From: Gammaproteobacteria bacterium
GTDB taxonomy: Bacteria; Pseudomonadota; Gammaproteobacteria; Eutrophobiales; Eutrophobiaceae
Direction of reading: 5' to 3'
Assembly (NCBI GenBank): GCA_965116495.1
Contig: OZ220696.1
Location: forward strand, 4,032,001 to 4,096,000
DNA length: 64,000 nt
The notes beneath the pieces are model-generated. The model made no database searches. It was not told the DNA's origin and saw only the letters and a program-made list of their open reading frames with translations. Numbering within the stretch: the stretch's first letter is position 1; every line of letters starts with the position of its first letter. Shown here piece after piece: positions 30,696 to 43,497 of the stretch. The position numbers and the translations under genes are program-made.

Positions 30696-31344
30696 CACCA
30701 GGCGCGCACAGATCTTTTCCCTGTTGAGGCAGCACAACCCTGCGCCTGCGACGGAGCTTCGCTACACCAGTCCCTTCGAGTTGCTGGTATCCGTTATCCT
30801 GTCGGCGCAGGCGACGGATGTCAGCGTCAACAAGGCCACGGAAAAACTGTTCAGGACGGCCAATACGCCGGAACAGTTTATCAGGCTGGGCGGGCCGGGA
30901 TTGAAGCAATATATAAAATCGATCGGCCTTTACAATACCAAAGCCGAAAACATTATCAGGACCTGCCAAATCCTGGTCGAGACCCATGCCGGCGAGGTTC
31001 CCGAGAGTCGTGAAGCATTGGAAAAATTGCCGGGGGTCGGCAGGAAAACGGCAAACGTCATCCTCAATACCGCCTTCGGCCAGCCCACCATCGCCGTGGA
31101 TACCCACATATTCCGGGTATCCAACCGCACCGGTCTGGCGCCCGGCAAAAACGTCCTGGAAGTTGAGCAGCGCCTGCTGAAGCACGTCCCCGATGAGTAC
31201 AAACAGGACGCCCACCACTGGCTGATCCTGCACGGCCGTTATACCTGCATGGCGCGCAAACCGAAGTGTGGCGAGTGCCTGATTTATGACCTGTGTGAGT
31301 GGGGGGAGAAAAGATCGTTCAGGGACATTGATTATCCAAGATGA
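30688..31344 (+). CDS. nth: Endonuclease III
   Basis: PFELLVSVILSAQATDVSVN, LPGVGRKTANV, VDTH, C-X6-C-X2-C-X5-C; TTG start 30688. Confidence 0.97.
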   Translation: MNNTRRAQIFSLLRQHNPAPATELRYTSPFELLVSVILSAQATDVSVNKATEKLFRTANTPEQFIRLGGPGLKQYIKSIGLYNTKAENIIRTCQILVETHAGEVPESREALEKLPGVGRKTANVILNTAFGQPTIAVDTHIFRVSNRTGLAPGKNVLEVEQRLLKHVPDEYKQDAHHWLILHGRYTCMARKPKCGECLIYDLCEWGEKRSFRDIDYPR

Positions 31345-31398
31345 TCCATTTACATTTGTTTAAAGTTGGTAAGCTGAACCAGATACACTCAAATAGGA

Positions 31399-32184
31399 AT
31401 GACCATGTCAAGTTGCTATGATGTTTTTGCTGAATGTGTCTCCGCCATTCGAGGTGGCGAGCTCATTCAGGCCGTAAGCGCGACCGATAAGGAATATCAC
31501 TTTCAAAACTGGTTTCAAGCCAGACTTGATCATATTCACCTGAATTATGATGAACCAGGACGAAATACCTATCCTGACTTTCGTTTAGTCAATGTGCCGG
31601 AAGGTTATGAAGTAAAAGGACTTGCTACGCCGGGGCGCGACAAAAATTATGACAGCAACAGCCGGATACCTGCAGGATCACACAACGGACGTACGATTTT
31701 CTACGTATTCGGACGTTATCCCAAAGACCTCTCAGAGTTTGCAACAAACGCAGACGGCAACAAGGAATACCCTGTGATTGACCTGATTATTTGTCATGGA
31801 GATTTTTTGAATATCGATCATGGTTATATCCATGAAAACAAGAGCATAAAGTGTTTTGGCAGTTATGGTGATATCATGATTCGAGATCGGAAAATGTACG
31901 TGGTTCCAACTCCTTATGCCCTGACAACAGGTACGACAGGCGTTTACACTTTGATTGTACCGGGTGATTTTGCTGGCGATCCAAGGTTTGAACAAGTTGG
32001 TGATTTGGCGCGAGTTGAAGCAGAAAAGCTGGTCGTGGGTTACAGCTTTAATTTACGCACCAATGATTTGACATCCGAGACCATACCTAACCCATCCACA
32101 GGCAAAGAACATCATTTCATAGCATACAGGCTTAAAGCTCAAGGTGGGAGACCTGTGTCGATGACTATAACGGACAATACATAA
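31399..32184 (+). CDS. Putative PD-(D/E)XK restriction endonuclease
   Basis: YPDFRLVNVPEGYEVKG (PD-X10-EVK) followed by NS..P; 15 bp upstream of a DNA methyltransferase. Confidence 0.7.
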   Translation: MTMSSCYDVFAECVSAIRGGELIQAVSATDKEYHFQNWFQARLDHIHLNYDEPGRNTYPDFRLVNVPEGYEVKGLATPGRDKNYDSNSRIPAGSHNGRTIFYVFGRYPKDLSEFATNADGNKEYPVIDLIICHGDFLNIDHGYIHENKSIKCFGSYGDIMIRDRKMYVVPTPYALTTGTTGVYTLIVPGDFAGDPRFEQVGDLARVEAEKLVVGYSFNLRTNDLTSETIPNPSTGKEHHFIAYRLKAQGGRPVSMTITDNT

Positions 32185-32199
32185 GGGTAAACCAGGACT

Positions 32200-34425
32200 A
32201 TGGAAAATTCGGCTGTAACGATTGAAGAAAATAAGGAATCTCCAGGTTGTCCCATTTCAGAGTTCGTTTCCGGCCCTAAGTCGGGACAGGCTGCGGAAAC
32301 ATCGCTTACCCAGAGAGATCGCGTTAAAGCGATTGAAGTTGCCTTCCCGGTTGAAGAAATAAGCCAACTGGCAGAGCGTGAAAGCTACCGAAAAGAAATT
32401 TTCAGGCCGATCTACCATATTCATAAGTGGTGGGCTAATCGTTTGGGTTCCGTCTTCCGGGGGATCGTATTAGGCGCCGTTTCAGCTAGCAATATTGATA
32501 TATGGAAAGAATTTTATAAAAAACATGACTTGCAGGATGTCTGTGTCCTGGATCCGTTTATGGGTAGCGGCACAACCCTTGGTGAGGCGGCGAAACTGGG
32601 TGTTAAACCGGTTGGTTGTGATATTAACCCAATAAGCACGTTCGCGGTCAGGCAGGCATTGACCAACGTAGATATTGATGAGCTGGAACGTGTATTTCAT
32701 AAGCTGGAACAGGAAGTAAAGCCGGAAATTCAACGGTACTACACAACTCTTGACCGGGAAACCAATCGTCCCATTCCTGGACTGTATTATTTCTGGGTAA
32801 AGCTGGTTGAAACGCCCAGCGGCGAAACGGTGCCGCTGTTCAATTCATACATCTTCAGTAAGAATGCTTATCCAAAGCAGAAGCCATCAGCCCGGATAGT
32901 TTGTCCTTCTTGCTGGTCAGTGAACACGGGCAGATATGATGCAAGCTCTCTCCGATGCCCTCAATGCAGCCACGAGTTTAATCCGCAAAACGGTCCGTCA
33001 AATGGGCAATATGTTACGGACAGCCTGGGCAACAAATTCAGGATTAAAGAGCTGTTACCGAAAGATGGCCGGCCCCTGCGGCACAGGCTTTATGCAATCA
33101 TGGTGTTAAACAACGAGGGCGAAAAAGTTTACCTGTCACCGAATACCTATGACCTTGACTTGGTGGAAGAAGCCAGGCGGCGATTGGCAGAAGAAAATCT
33201 GCTTTTACCGCAAATGCCGGTACGCCCCGGCTACAACACCAACCAGGCAAGGGGTTATAACTATTTGTACTGGAGGGATTTTTTTAACTCAAGGCAACTG
33301 CTGTGCCTGGGTTTATTACTGAAAAAAATCCAGGCGATAAAGAGTGAAGTGATCAGGGACCAGTTTCTCTGTTTGTTTTCCAGCACACTGGAATTCAACA
33401 ATTTGTTTTGCAGTTTTAAAGGTGAAGGAACGGGCGCCGTGAGACATACGTTTTCGCATCATATCCTTAAACCTGAAAGAACTCCGCTTGAGAACAGTGT
33501 ATGGGGCACTTCCAAAAGCAGCGGCACTTTTGCTTCTTTATTCAAATCCCGCTTGTTGAAGGCGAAAACATATTTGCAAACACCCTCCGAAATTTATTTC
33601 CCCGAAGATATGTTCGGGAGCATGGAAATGAAGTCGCGATACCTGGTAGCAAGCGATCCGGTTAAGCTGAAAATCACAAATTCATGGGAAGAATTCAGTC
33701 GCGCTCCAAACCGGGCAATGGTGCTGAATGGAGACAGCGCTGCCCTGCCAATTCCTGACAAGAGTATAGATGCCGTTGTTACTGACCCGCCTTACTTTGA
33801 CTTCGTTCACTACAGCGAGTTGAGTGATTTCTTCTTTGCCTGGCTAGCGCCGGTTCTGTCAAGTCGCTACCCGTTTTTTGGTCGAGCCAGCAGCTATCAT
33901 AAGGATGAGGTGCAGAACAAAGACCCTGATCAGTTCGCTACTAACCTGGGCCGCGTTTTCCGCGAATGTTACCGAGTCCTCAAGGACGACGGTGTTTTGT
34001 CCTTTAGCTTTCATCATTCGCGTCCGGAAGGCTGGTCGGCAATCTACAAGGCGTTGTGTGAAGCAAGGTTCGCTGTGATGACTTCTTATCCCGTCCACGC
34101 TGAGATGAAGGTCGCAAGCCCCAAAACGAGCGCCAAAGAACCCATCTCCCTTGACATGATCCTGGTTTGTAAAAAACAGGAGCAGGCCGTCTCAAGCATA
34201 TCCGAAGACGATATGGAAAAACTACTGTCCAGGAAAATCAAACAGGTGGAAAATGGAGGCAATCCAATCTCAAAATCGGACCGGTTTAATATCAGGGCAT
34301 CGCTGCTCCTGGCTACTGCATCCAGAATGTCTTTATCCAGCGAGGGCTTTGAAAAGCTGATCAAGGAAGGACAAAACCCAGATGCTGGATTACGAAATAG
34401 AGATCAAATGGAAACCGTTGGATGA
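32200..34425 (+). CDS. Adenine-specific DNA methyltransferase, DUF1156-type with Zn ribbon
   Basis: FPVEEIS..IHKWWANRL N-terminus, motif I VLDPFMGSGTT, CPSC/CPQC Zn ribbon, motif IV VTDPPY. Confidence 0.88.
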   Translation: MENSAVTIEENKESPGCPISEFVSGPKSGQAAETSLTQRDRVKAIEVAFPVEEISQLAERESYRKEIFRPIYHIHKWWANRLGSVFRGIVLGAVSASNIDIWKEFYKKHDLQDVCVLDPFMGSGTTLGEAAKLGVKPVGCDINPISTFAVRQALTNVDIDELERVFHKLEQEVKPEIQRYYTTLDRETNRPIPGLYYFWVKLVETPSGETVPLFNSYIFSKNAYPKQKPSARIVCPSCWSVNTGRYDASSLRCPQCSHEFNPQNGPSNGQYVTDSLGNKFRIKELLPKDGRPLRHRLYAIMVLNNEGEKVYLSPNTYDLDLVEEARRRLAEENLLLPQMPVRPGYNTNQARGYNYLYWRDFFNSRQLLCLGLLLKKIQAIKSEVIRDQFLCLFSSTLEFNNLFCSFKGEGTGAVRHTFSHHILKPERTPLENSVWGTSKSSGTFASLFKSRLLKAKTYLQTPSEIYFPEDMFGSMEMKSRYLVASDPVKLKITNSWEEFSRAPNRAMVLNGDSAALPIPDKSIDAVVTDPPYFDFVHYSELSDFFFAWLAPVLSSRYPFFGRASSYHKDEVQNKDPDQFATNLGRVFRECYRVLKDDGVLSFSFHHSRPEGWSAIYKALCEARFAVMTSYPVHAEMKVASPKTSAKEPISLDMILVCKKQEQAVSSISEDDMEKLLSRKIKQVENGGNPISKSDRFNIRASLLLATASRMSLSSEGFEKLIKEGQNPDAGLRNRDQMETVG

Positions 34426-34596
34426 CAGCATGGCGGGTGCGCCTGTGGATCTTTGGATGTCTGATATTGTTTCGCAAACGTTCAGGACTTCATCAAGAAA
34501 TTCTTTGCCCAAACCTTTACGTTGTCTCTCATACCAAACAGCAGCAGATTCTATGTCCGTTTCCGCCTCTGGCCGGAGACGTATCTCGAGACTCAC
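34365..34596 (-). pseudogene. Frameshifted ParE/RelE-family toxin
   Basis: MSLEIRLRPEAETDIESAAVWYERQRKGLGKEFLDEV in one frame; ParE-like IHRRTRHAVIQRFPFDLYFVI continues in another frame after about 34455. Confidence 0.75.
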
Positions 34597-34964
34597 AATC
34601 GTTGCTTGAACGCTGCTATGACTTCACCTGCTTCACGGCCTTTGATTTTATCCACTTCATAAGCGTCCAGACGCCGATCAAGTTCAGTCCTTTGTTCATC
34701 GGTTAACGGCAAGTTGGCCAGGTTCGCAAGAACCTCCCTGGAGGCATCGAACTGTCTCAGGCTCTGGGCAGGTTCTTCCAATGCCGCAATGGTGTCATCA
34801 TTGGGTATGCGGGCGTCAAACGGCAACCCCTTGCGCAGGACTAATTGGCTCAGCGCCATGCGGATATATTCTGTGGGTTTTAACCCAAGTCGGGAGAGTA
34901 CGGCTTCAGCTTCGGCTTTAAGTTCCGGTTCAATTCGGATTTGCATCTGTTTGGTCCTGCTCAT
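34593..34964 (-). CDS. RelB/DinJ antitoxin fused in frame to the C-terminal half of an addiction-module antitoxin
   Basis: MSRTKQMQIRIEPELKAEAEAVL..LPFDARIPN (DinJ-like) then LPLTDEQRTELDRRLDAYE (TIGR02574-like). Confidence 0.75.
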   Translation of the reverse strand: MSRTKQMQIRIEPELKAEAEAVLSRLGLKPTEYIRMALSQLVLRKGLPFDARIPNDDTIAALEEPAQSLRQFDASREVLANLANLPLTDEQRTELDRRLDAYEVDKIKGREAGEVIAAFKQRL

Positions 34965-35217
34965 AACGATAATTGCCCTGTGTTTGCCTGGATATAGTCT
35001 GAATGAAATAGCTACCATTTGCAATACAAATATTGCGCCGGTTCGCGGATGTCAATACTGCTTTGGGATGACACATGAAAAATAATTCCTGCGTCTGTCA
35101 GCTTGTCTGAAAATGCCCATCGAACGATACTGCCCTGTAAACGATCATCAGTACGTATTTTAAAGGAGTCAATGGAGGTGACACGTATCTACTACCTCAG
35201 TCGGGTTCTCTGATCGC

Positions 35218-35448
35218 TTGAAACAGGAAAAGATATTCGATGCGGAAAAAGCCGACGCCTTTGCCGGGGCGTTGAATGACGAGCTGTCGGATCAACTGGC
35301 GACTAAACCTGACCTTGTTGAGTTGGATAACAGGATGGAAATAAGAATGATACAAATGGAAAACAGGCTCATCAAACGGATGATCGGTCTTGTTCTCGCT
35401 GCTACTGCCATCAATCTGACAGTTACCGGTTCCCTGGTAACACTTTGA
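35218..35448 (+). CDS. DUF1640-like small coiled-coil/TM protein, possibly 5'-damaged
   Basis: AEKADAFAGAL..LATKPDL..MENRLIKRMIGLVLA; the ATG after the AAGGAG SD (35172) is out of frame. Confidence 0.5.
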   Translation: MKQEKIFDAEKADAFAGALNDELSDQLATKPDLVELDNRMEIRMIQMENRLIKRMIGLVLAATAINLTVTGSLVTL

Positions 35449-35480
35449 ATACAACTTTCAATCAGTTGACTCGATAGGCT

Positions 35481-36692
35481 TCATGCCTGTTGAGCATCAC
35501 TTACAGCCTTTGGCAGGCTGATCTGCAGCAGTACCCAGGCAGCCAGCGCGGACAGCAACGAACCCACCAGAATGCCCAGGCGGTCGCCGCTGAAATAGGC
35601 GCCGCTCCCGTGTTCAAAAGCCAGGCCGGCGATAAACAGGCTCATGGTGAAGCCGATACCACAGGCGCAGGCCGCGCCGAGAAGCTGCATCCAGTTGACG
35701 TCTTTCGGCAACCGCGCCAGACCCAGGGCTACGGCAAGGCCGGTGAAGATGATGATGCCGAGCGGTTTGCCTAGTACCAGACCGGTTGTCACGCCCAGTG
35801 TGACGGGATGCACCAGTGCATCCAGTGATATTCCTGACAGGGACAGCCCGGCATTGACAAAGGCAAACGCCGGGAGAATTACGAACGCGACGGGTTCGTG
35901 CAGGTTATGTTCCAGTTCGCGCAAGGGGCAGTGCCCCTCTTTATCCCGCATCGGTATGCAAAATGCGATGAGAACGCCAGCCAGTGTCGCATGGACCCCG
36001 GATTTCAGCACGGCGATCCACAGGACTACCCCCAGCAATATGTAGCTGGAAGTACTCGTCACTTCCATGCGGTTCATGCCAGCCGCGATGCCGAGTGTGA
36101 CAGCGCCGATAACCAGCATGGCGGGAGAGAGATCTGCAGAATAGAACAGCGCGATGATGACGATGGCGGCAAGATCATCCAGTATCGCCAGCGTAAGCAA
36201 AAAAACCTTGAGGGACACAGGGACCCTGGCGCCGAAAGACCCCAGCAGGGCGAGCGCGAAGGCGATGTCGGTCGCGACCGGGATTGCCCAGCCGTCCAAT
36301 GCCACGGCATCTCCCAGGTTGAGCCAGATATATATGGATGCGGGCACAACCATGCCGCCCAGCGCGCCCATTCCCGGCAAAATCACCTGGTCGAAAGAGG
36401 ACAGCTCACCATCCATGATCTCGCGCTTGATTTCGAGCCCTATCAGGAAAAAGAACACTGCCATGAGCCCGTCATTTACCCAGAGCAGCAGCGGCTTGTT
36501 GATGACCAGGTTACCGACCTGGACCGCAATCGTCATATCGATAAGGGCCGCATAGATGCCCGATAACGGCGAGTTGGCTATCAGCATGGCGATGACGACG
36601 CAGATGGTAAGCAGAACGCCGCCGGCAGTCTCAAGTTGCAGAAACTCGCGCAACGCGTCCGCCATGGTTGGTGTCTGTTTTCGTGTTTCCAT
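35481..36692 (-). CDS. nhaA: Na+/H+ antiporter NhaA
   Basis: WVNDGLMAVFF..GLEIKRE, GWAIPVATDIAFA, LAILDD, KSGVHATLAGV, GIGFTMSLFI. Confidence 0.96.
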   Translation of the reverse strand: METRKQTPTMADALREFLQLETAGGVLLTICVVIAMLIANSPLSGIYAALIDMTIAVQVGNLVINKPLLLWVNDGLMAVFFFLIGLEIKREIMDGELSSFDQVILPGMGALGGMVVPASIYIWLNLGDAVALDGWAIPVATDIAFALALLGSFGARVPVSLKVFLLTLAILDDLAAIVIIALFYSADLSPAMLVIGAVTLGIAAGMNRMEVTSTSSYILLGVVLWIAVLKSGVHATLAGVLIAFCIPMRDKEGHCPLRELEHNLHEPVAFVILPAFAFVNAGLSLSGISLDALVHPVTLGVTTGLVLGKPLGIIIFTGLAVALGLARLPKDVNWMQLLGAACACGIGFTMSLFIAGLAFEHGSGAYFSGDRLGILVGSLLSALAAWVLLQISLPKAVSDAQQA

Positions 36693-36693
36693 G

Positions 36694-36822
36694 CTAGCCG
36701 GGTATTTTGACCAGTATCACTGAGATATTATCCTTAGCGCCGTTTTCGTTAGCCGTCTGCACCAGTTCCGCGGCGGTTTGCGCAAGTTTGCCCCTGTCGG
36801 CGAGGGCTGAGATAGTAATGTT
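36694..36822 (-). pseudogene. C-terminal remnant of a PP2C (Stp1/PrpC-type) Ser/Thr phosphatase
   Basis: Manual translation NITISALADRGKLAQTAAELVQTANENGAKDNISVILVKIPG*; DNISVILV is the terminal PP2C motif; no start codon in the intergenic stretch. Confidence 0.7.
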
Positions 36823-36868
36823 CCCGGCAGCGCTTACGGTACCGGTTGGGGGAAGACGCCCGGGTCTG

Positions 36869-37192
36869 TTAACGCTCCAGGTATTGGAGCTTGCCTTCTG
36901 TCTCTTTCCAGTCGTCCGCGTCGGCAGGCGCGTCCTTCATTTCGTTGATGACAGGCCATTCCCTGGAGAGTTCTGCATTCAGTGCTATGAATTTCTGCTG
37001 GCTTTCGTCAACGTCTTCATCAGACATGATGGCTTCTACCGGGCATTCGGGTTCACACAAGGTGCAGTCAATACATTCGTCGGGGTCGATAACCAGCATA
37101 TTCGGACCTTCATGGAAGCAATCGACCGGGCACACTTCCACGCAATCAGTATATTTACACTTGATGCAGCTTTCTACGACGATAAAGGGCAT
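36869..37192 (-). CDS. fdxA: Ferredoxin (FdxA, 7Fe type)
   Basis: [30 protein letters not shown]; downstream of mutS. Confidence 0.95.
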   Translation of the reverse strand: MPFIVVESCIKCKYTDCVEVCPVDCFHEGPNMLVIDPDECIDCTLCEPECPVEAIMSDEDVDESQQKFIALNAELSREWPVINEMKDAPADADDWKETEGKLQYLER

Positions 37193-37275
37193 AAGAATAT
37201 CCTACCATAAGTTAAGTTACGATATTGTGACTTTGAATTATAGCTTGTTAAATATCATGTGGCCATTACCCGTCA

Positions 37276-39813
37276 TCATTTCAGTTCCCGCAGCCGGTAC
37301 AATATTTCCAGTGCCTGTTTAGGCGTGACGGCATCGGGGTCGATCTCTTTCAATACTTCCCGCAGCTCGTCGGGTTGCTGGAACAAGTCCTGTTGCGGTA
37401 TGTCCGGTAGCAGGTCTACGGTATTTTTTTCCATGATGCTGAGTTGGTGGTTCGCTTGGTTAATGACCGCACGGGGAATGCCCGCCAGTTGCGCCACCTG
37501 GATCCCGTAACTCCTGTTTGTGGCGCCGGGTTTGACCGTATACAGGAATACGACCTCATTATTATGTTTGATCGCGTCCAGGTGTGCGTTCTGTACGGTA
37601 TCCATGATCTCGGGCAAACTGGTCAATTCGAAATAATGGGTGGCGAACAGCGTAAACGCCCGGATCTTGTTTGCCAGGTAGACCGCGCAGGCCCAGGCCA
37701 GGGCCAAGCCGTCGTAAGTGCTGGTGCCGCGGCCTATCTCGTCTATCAATACCAAGCTCCTGTCCGTCGCGTTGTTCAGGATAGTTGCGGTTTCCACCAT
37801 TTCGGCCATGAAGGTGGATTTCCCGGAGGTGATATCATCGACCGCGCCGATACGGGTGAAGATACGGTCAACAGGGCCCAGGACTGCCTTATCTGCCGGT
37901 ACGAAACTGCCGATATGCGCCAGCAGCGTGATGAGCGCAGTCTGGCGCATGTATGTGGATTTCCCCCCCATATTCGGGCCTGTAATCAGCAGCATACTGG
38001 TAGCTTCGTCCAGCCGGATATCGTTGGCCATAAAGGGGCTGGCCTGTAACCGTTCGATGACGGCGTGACGGCCCGCCCGGATATCGAGCCCGGGGGTCTC
38101 GACGAATTCAGGTTGACAATAATCAAGCAGGTCGGCCCGTTCCGCAAAACAGGCCAGCACGTCCGTTTCGGAAAGCGCTGCGGCGGTTGTCTGCAGGGCG
38201 GCCAGTTCGGTACAGATGCGCTCCAGGACCTGCTCATACAACACTTTTTCCCGCGCCAGTGCGCGCTCCTTTGCACTCAGTACCTTATCTTCGAAGTCTT
38301 TCAGTTCCGCAGTAATGAAACGTTCCGTGGATTTCAGGGTTTGCCGCCTGTGATATTGCTCCGGGACGGCTTCGCTGTGTAACCGGGAAACTTCTATGTA
38401 GTAGCCGTGTACGCGGTTAAATCCCACTTTCAGCGTGGGGATGCCGGTATGTTCCCGCTCGCGTTCTTCAAGCGAATTCAGGAAGGTCCCGGCATCACGG
38501 CCCAGTTGCCGCAACTGGTCCAGTTCAGTGTCGAAACCATCGGCGATCACACCGCCGTCCCGGATACTTGCCGCCGGTGTTTCCGCCAGCGCATCTCCCA
38601 GGAACGTCTTTAAGCCGGGGAATACCCGGATCAGGCCGTTAAGTTCATTCAGGCGCGGGCTGTTCACGGCCGCCAGCGTTGATTTCAGGTCCGGCAGCCG
38701 GAGCAGTGATTTGTGCAGTTGCGCCAGGTCACGGGGGCGGGCGGATTTCAGGGCTACCCGCGCCAGGATGCGTTCCAGGTCATTAACGTGTTTCAATGAT
38801 TCGTGTACGGCAACGTAAGTTTTGCCGGTTGACAGGTGGTTAACGGCGTCATGGCGCAGGCGCAGGGTCTGCTGGTCGCGCAGGGGCCGGTTCAGCCAGC
38901 GCTTCAGCAGCCGGCTGCCCATAGTTGTCGCCGTCATGTCCAGTACGCCCAGCAGGCTGTTTGCTTTCCTGCCGCTGAGGTCCTGCTCAAGTTCCAGGTT
39001 GCGGCGGGTGACGGCATCGAGGATGATGCTGTCCGAACGGTATTCTACCTTGATCGGTTGCAGGTGCAGCAGCGCCGTGCTCTGGGTTTCATTGACGTAT
39101 TGCAACAGGGCTCCTGCCGCCGCAGTTGCCGCCGCCAACCCGGAACATTCCAGTTCACTTACCTGGTATTGCCGCTTGATGAGGTTTACCGCAGCAGCAA
39201 GGTCGAAGTGCCAGGCAGCGCGGGATACCACACTGCTACAGGAAATATCCGGGTCCTGTTTCAGTCCGCTGTCTTCACTCATCAACAGTTCCGCGGGTTG
39301 CAGGCGCGCCAACTCGTCCCGCATCGAGCCCGTATCGGAGGTCTGGCTGAGTGTGAAGCGGCCGTCAGCCAGGTTCAGACTGGCGATACCCTGCTCATTT
39401 GCGAGGACATGAACGCATACCAGCAGGTTATCGGTCTTTTCCTCCAGTAACAGTTCGTCGGTGACGGTACCGGGCGTGACTACGCGGGTGACCTTTCTCT
39501 CAACCGGGCCTTTGGCCAGCGCCGGATCGCCGATTTGTTCGCATATCGCGACCGATTCACCCAGCCGGATTAATTTCGCCAGGTAAGAATCAACAGCATG
39601 GTAGGGCACGCCTGCCATGGGTATGACCTGGTTGTCAGACCTGCCCCGGGAGGTCAGGGTAATGTCAAGCAAGCGCGCAGCCTTGCGCGCGTCTTCAAAA
39701 AACAACTCGTAGAAATCACCCATGCGAAACAGCAGCAGGATATCTGGATAATCAGCCTTGAAACCCAGGTATTGCTGCATGACCGGGGTGTGCGCGGAGT
39801 TGTTTGCGGGCAT
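37276..39813 (-). CDS. mutS: DNA mismatch repair protein MutS
   Basis: [48 protein letters not shown]. Confidence 0.98.
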   Translation of the reverse strand: MPANNSAHTPVMQQYLGFKADYPDILLLFRMGDFYELFFEDARKAARLLDITLTSRGRSDNQVIPMAGVPYHAVDSYLAKLIRLGESVAICEQIGDPALAKGPVERKVTRVVTPGTVTDELLLEEKTDNLLVCVHVLANEQGIASLNLADGRFTLSQTSDTGSMRDELARLQPAELLMSEDSGLKQDPDISCSSVVSRAAWHFDLAAAVNLIKRQYQVSELECSGLAAATAAAGALLQYVNETQSTALLHLQPIKVEYRSDSIILDAVTRRNLELEQDLSGRKANSLLGVLDMTATTMGSRLLKRWLNRPLRDQQTLRLRHDAVNHLSTGKTYVAVHESLKHVNDLERILARVALKSARPRDLAQLHKSLLRLPDLKSTLAAVNSPRLNELNGLIRVFPGLKTFLGDALAETPAASIRDGGVIADGFDTELDQLRQLGRDAGTFLNSLEEREREHTGIPTLKVGFNRVHGYYIEVSRLHSEAVPEQYHRRQTLKSTERFITAELKDFEDKVLSAKERALAREKVLYEQVLERICTELAALQTTAAALSETDVLACFAERADLLDYCQPEFVETPGLDIRAGRHAVIERLQASPFMANDIRLDEATSMLLITGPNMGGKSTYMRQTALITLLAHIGSFVPADKAVLGPVDRIFTRIGAVDDITSGKSTFMAEMVETATILNNATDRSLVLIDEIGRGTSTYDGLALAWACAVYLANKIRAFTLFATHYFELTSLPEIMDTVQNAHLDAIKHNNEVVFLYTVKPGATNRSYGIQVAQLAGIPRAVINQANHQLSIMEKNTVDLLPDIPQQDLFQQPDELREVLKEIDPDAVTPKQALEILYRLRELK

Positions 39814-39828
39814 AGGCTTATTCTGCTT

Positions 39829-39921
39829 ACAAAGGGGACGGACTTCAAGTCCGTCCCCTTTGTCAGTCTCTCCGTATTCAGGGCCAGAGTAAAACTCCTG
39901 GCGTGAGTTTTACTCTGGCCC
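39829..39921. repeat. Two adjacent palindromic repeats (GGGGAC-type and GGGCCAGAG-type)
   Basis: ACAAAGGGGACGGACTTCAAGTCCGTCCCCTTTGT (39829-39863) and GGGCCAGAGTAAAACTC-N7-GAGTTTTACTCTGGCCC (39881-39921). Confidence 0.9.
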
Positions 39922-40044
39922 CAAACTTCCCGGGCCGGCATGGAGAAGGGCTTAAACCGTCATTATTACGCAATTACACTTGAAATTCTGCATCGTCAAC
40001 CCCAGATAAGGCACTTGAACACTCTGAGTAATAATGGGGACACC

Positions 40045-41932
40045 ATGACTGTAGATACGAAAAAAGAAGCGCTTGGTTTTCAGACCGAGGTCCAGCAATT
40101 ACTGGACCTGATGATCCATTCCTTATACAGCAACCAGGAGATCTTTCTGCGCGAGCTGATCTCAAACGCCTCCGATGCAGCCGACAGGTTGCGCTTCGAG
40201 GGATTGCAGGACGACAGCCTGTTCGAAGACGATCCGGAATTGAATATCAGGGTCGAGTATAACAAGACCCAGAAAACCATTACCGTCCTGGATAACGGCA
40301 TCGGGATGTCCAGGCAGGAGGTGGTCGATAACCTGGGAACCATCGCCAAGTCGGGTTCCAGGCAGTTTTTCGAGTCATTGACAGGTGACCAGACCAGGGA
40401 TACACAGCTGATTGGCCAGTTCGGCGTGGGGTTTTACTCTTCCTTTATCGTTGCCGAGAAGGTGGAGGTCATCAGCCGCCGCGCCGGTCTACCCCGGGAG
40501 GAAGGCGTGCGCTGGTCTTCCGACGGCAAGAGCGAATATACCGTGGAGAGTATCGATCGGCCGAAGCGGGGGACCAAGGTGGTATTGTATTTACGCAAGG
40601 AGGCCGGGGAATTCCTGGACGGCTACCGGTTGCGCAGCATTATCAACAAGTATTCGGACCACATCTCCCTGCCCGTCGTCATGCCGAAAGAAGGTGAGGA
40701 CGAAAAGGGGGAGGAGACGGTCAACGCGGCAAAGGCATTGTGGACGCGCAATAAAAAGGACATCAAGGAGGAGGAATACAACGAGTTCTATAAAACCGTG
40801 TCCCACGATTTTGAAGACCCGCTTTGTCATATCCACAACAAGGTGGAAGGCAAGCTGGAATATACCAGCCTGTTGTTCATCCCCACTCGCGCACCGTTCG
40901 ATTTATGGGACCGGGAACAACGCCACGGCGTAAAACTGTATGTGAAGCGCGTCTTTATCATGGATGACGCAAAACAGTTATTGCCCTCATACCTGCGCTT
41001 CGTAAAAGGGGTGGTGGATTCCGATGACCTGCCGTTGAATATCTCCAGGGAAATACTGCAACAGAACAGGATCATTGAAACCATCCGTTCCGGATGCACA
41101 AAAAAGATACTGGACCTGTTGAAAAAACTGGCGGACAAGGAACCGGACCAGTACAAACAGTTCTGGCAGACCTTCGGCCGGGTCTTGAAGGAAGGCATCA
41201 TCGATGCGCACGATAAACGCGAGGAACTTGCAAAACTGTTCCGCTTCAAGTCAACCCATGAAGACACGGAGGAGGAAACAGTCTCCCTGGACGATTATAT
41301 CGCCAGGATGAAGGAGGGACAGAAAGCTGTTTATTACGTGACTGCGGAAAATTATGCCACTGCAAAAAACAGCCCTCACCTTGAGATTTTCGAGAAGGAA
41401 AAGATTGAAGTCCTGCTGCTGACCGACCCAATCGACGAGTGGCTGGTTACCCACCTGACTGAATACGGGGAAAAACCGCTGACGTCGGTGAACAAGGGTG
41501 AGTTGGACCTGGGTGATCTGGCCAGCGGGAAAAGCGGGGATCAAACCGAAGAAACTGCGGATGACAAGCTGGACGATCTCACCAAACGTATCGGGAAAGT
41601 GCTGGATGAGCGGGTAAAAGAAGTCCGCATCACTCGGCGCCTGACCGAGTCTCCGGCCTGCCTGGTGGCTGACGAGCATGAAATGGGGCGCCACCTGGAG
41701 CAGATACTGAAGGCATCGGGCCAGGAAATACCCGGTTCAAAACCCATACTGGAAATCAACCCGGGCCATCCCATAGTCGGGAAACTGGAGAACGAAACGG
41801 ATGAAAACCGCTTCGGGGACTGGGCCAATATCCTGTATGAGCAGGCGCTGTTAAGTGAAGGCGGGCAACTGGAGGATCCGGCCGGGTTTGTACACCGGCT
41901 CAACAGTATCTTCCTGGAACTGAACCAGGCGG

Positions 41933-41955
<23 letters not shown>
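40045..41955 (+). CDS. htpG: Molecular chaperone HtpG (Hsp90)
   Basis: FLRELISNASDA, NLGTIAKSG, IGQFGVGFYS, DLPLNISRE; ATG 40045. Confidence 0.98.

Positions 41956-43497
<1,542 letters not shown>

Larger units (their letters stand above)
31345..36830. other. Accessory/defence hotspot between nth and fdxA
   Basis: First part visibly AT-richer than flanks; contains RM-like pair, TA remnants, DUF1640-like ORF, nhaA and a PP2C fragment; no integrase seen. Confidence 0.6.
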
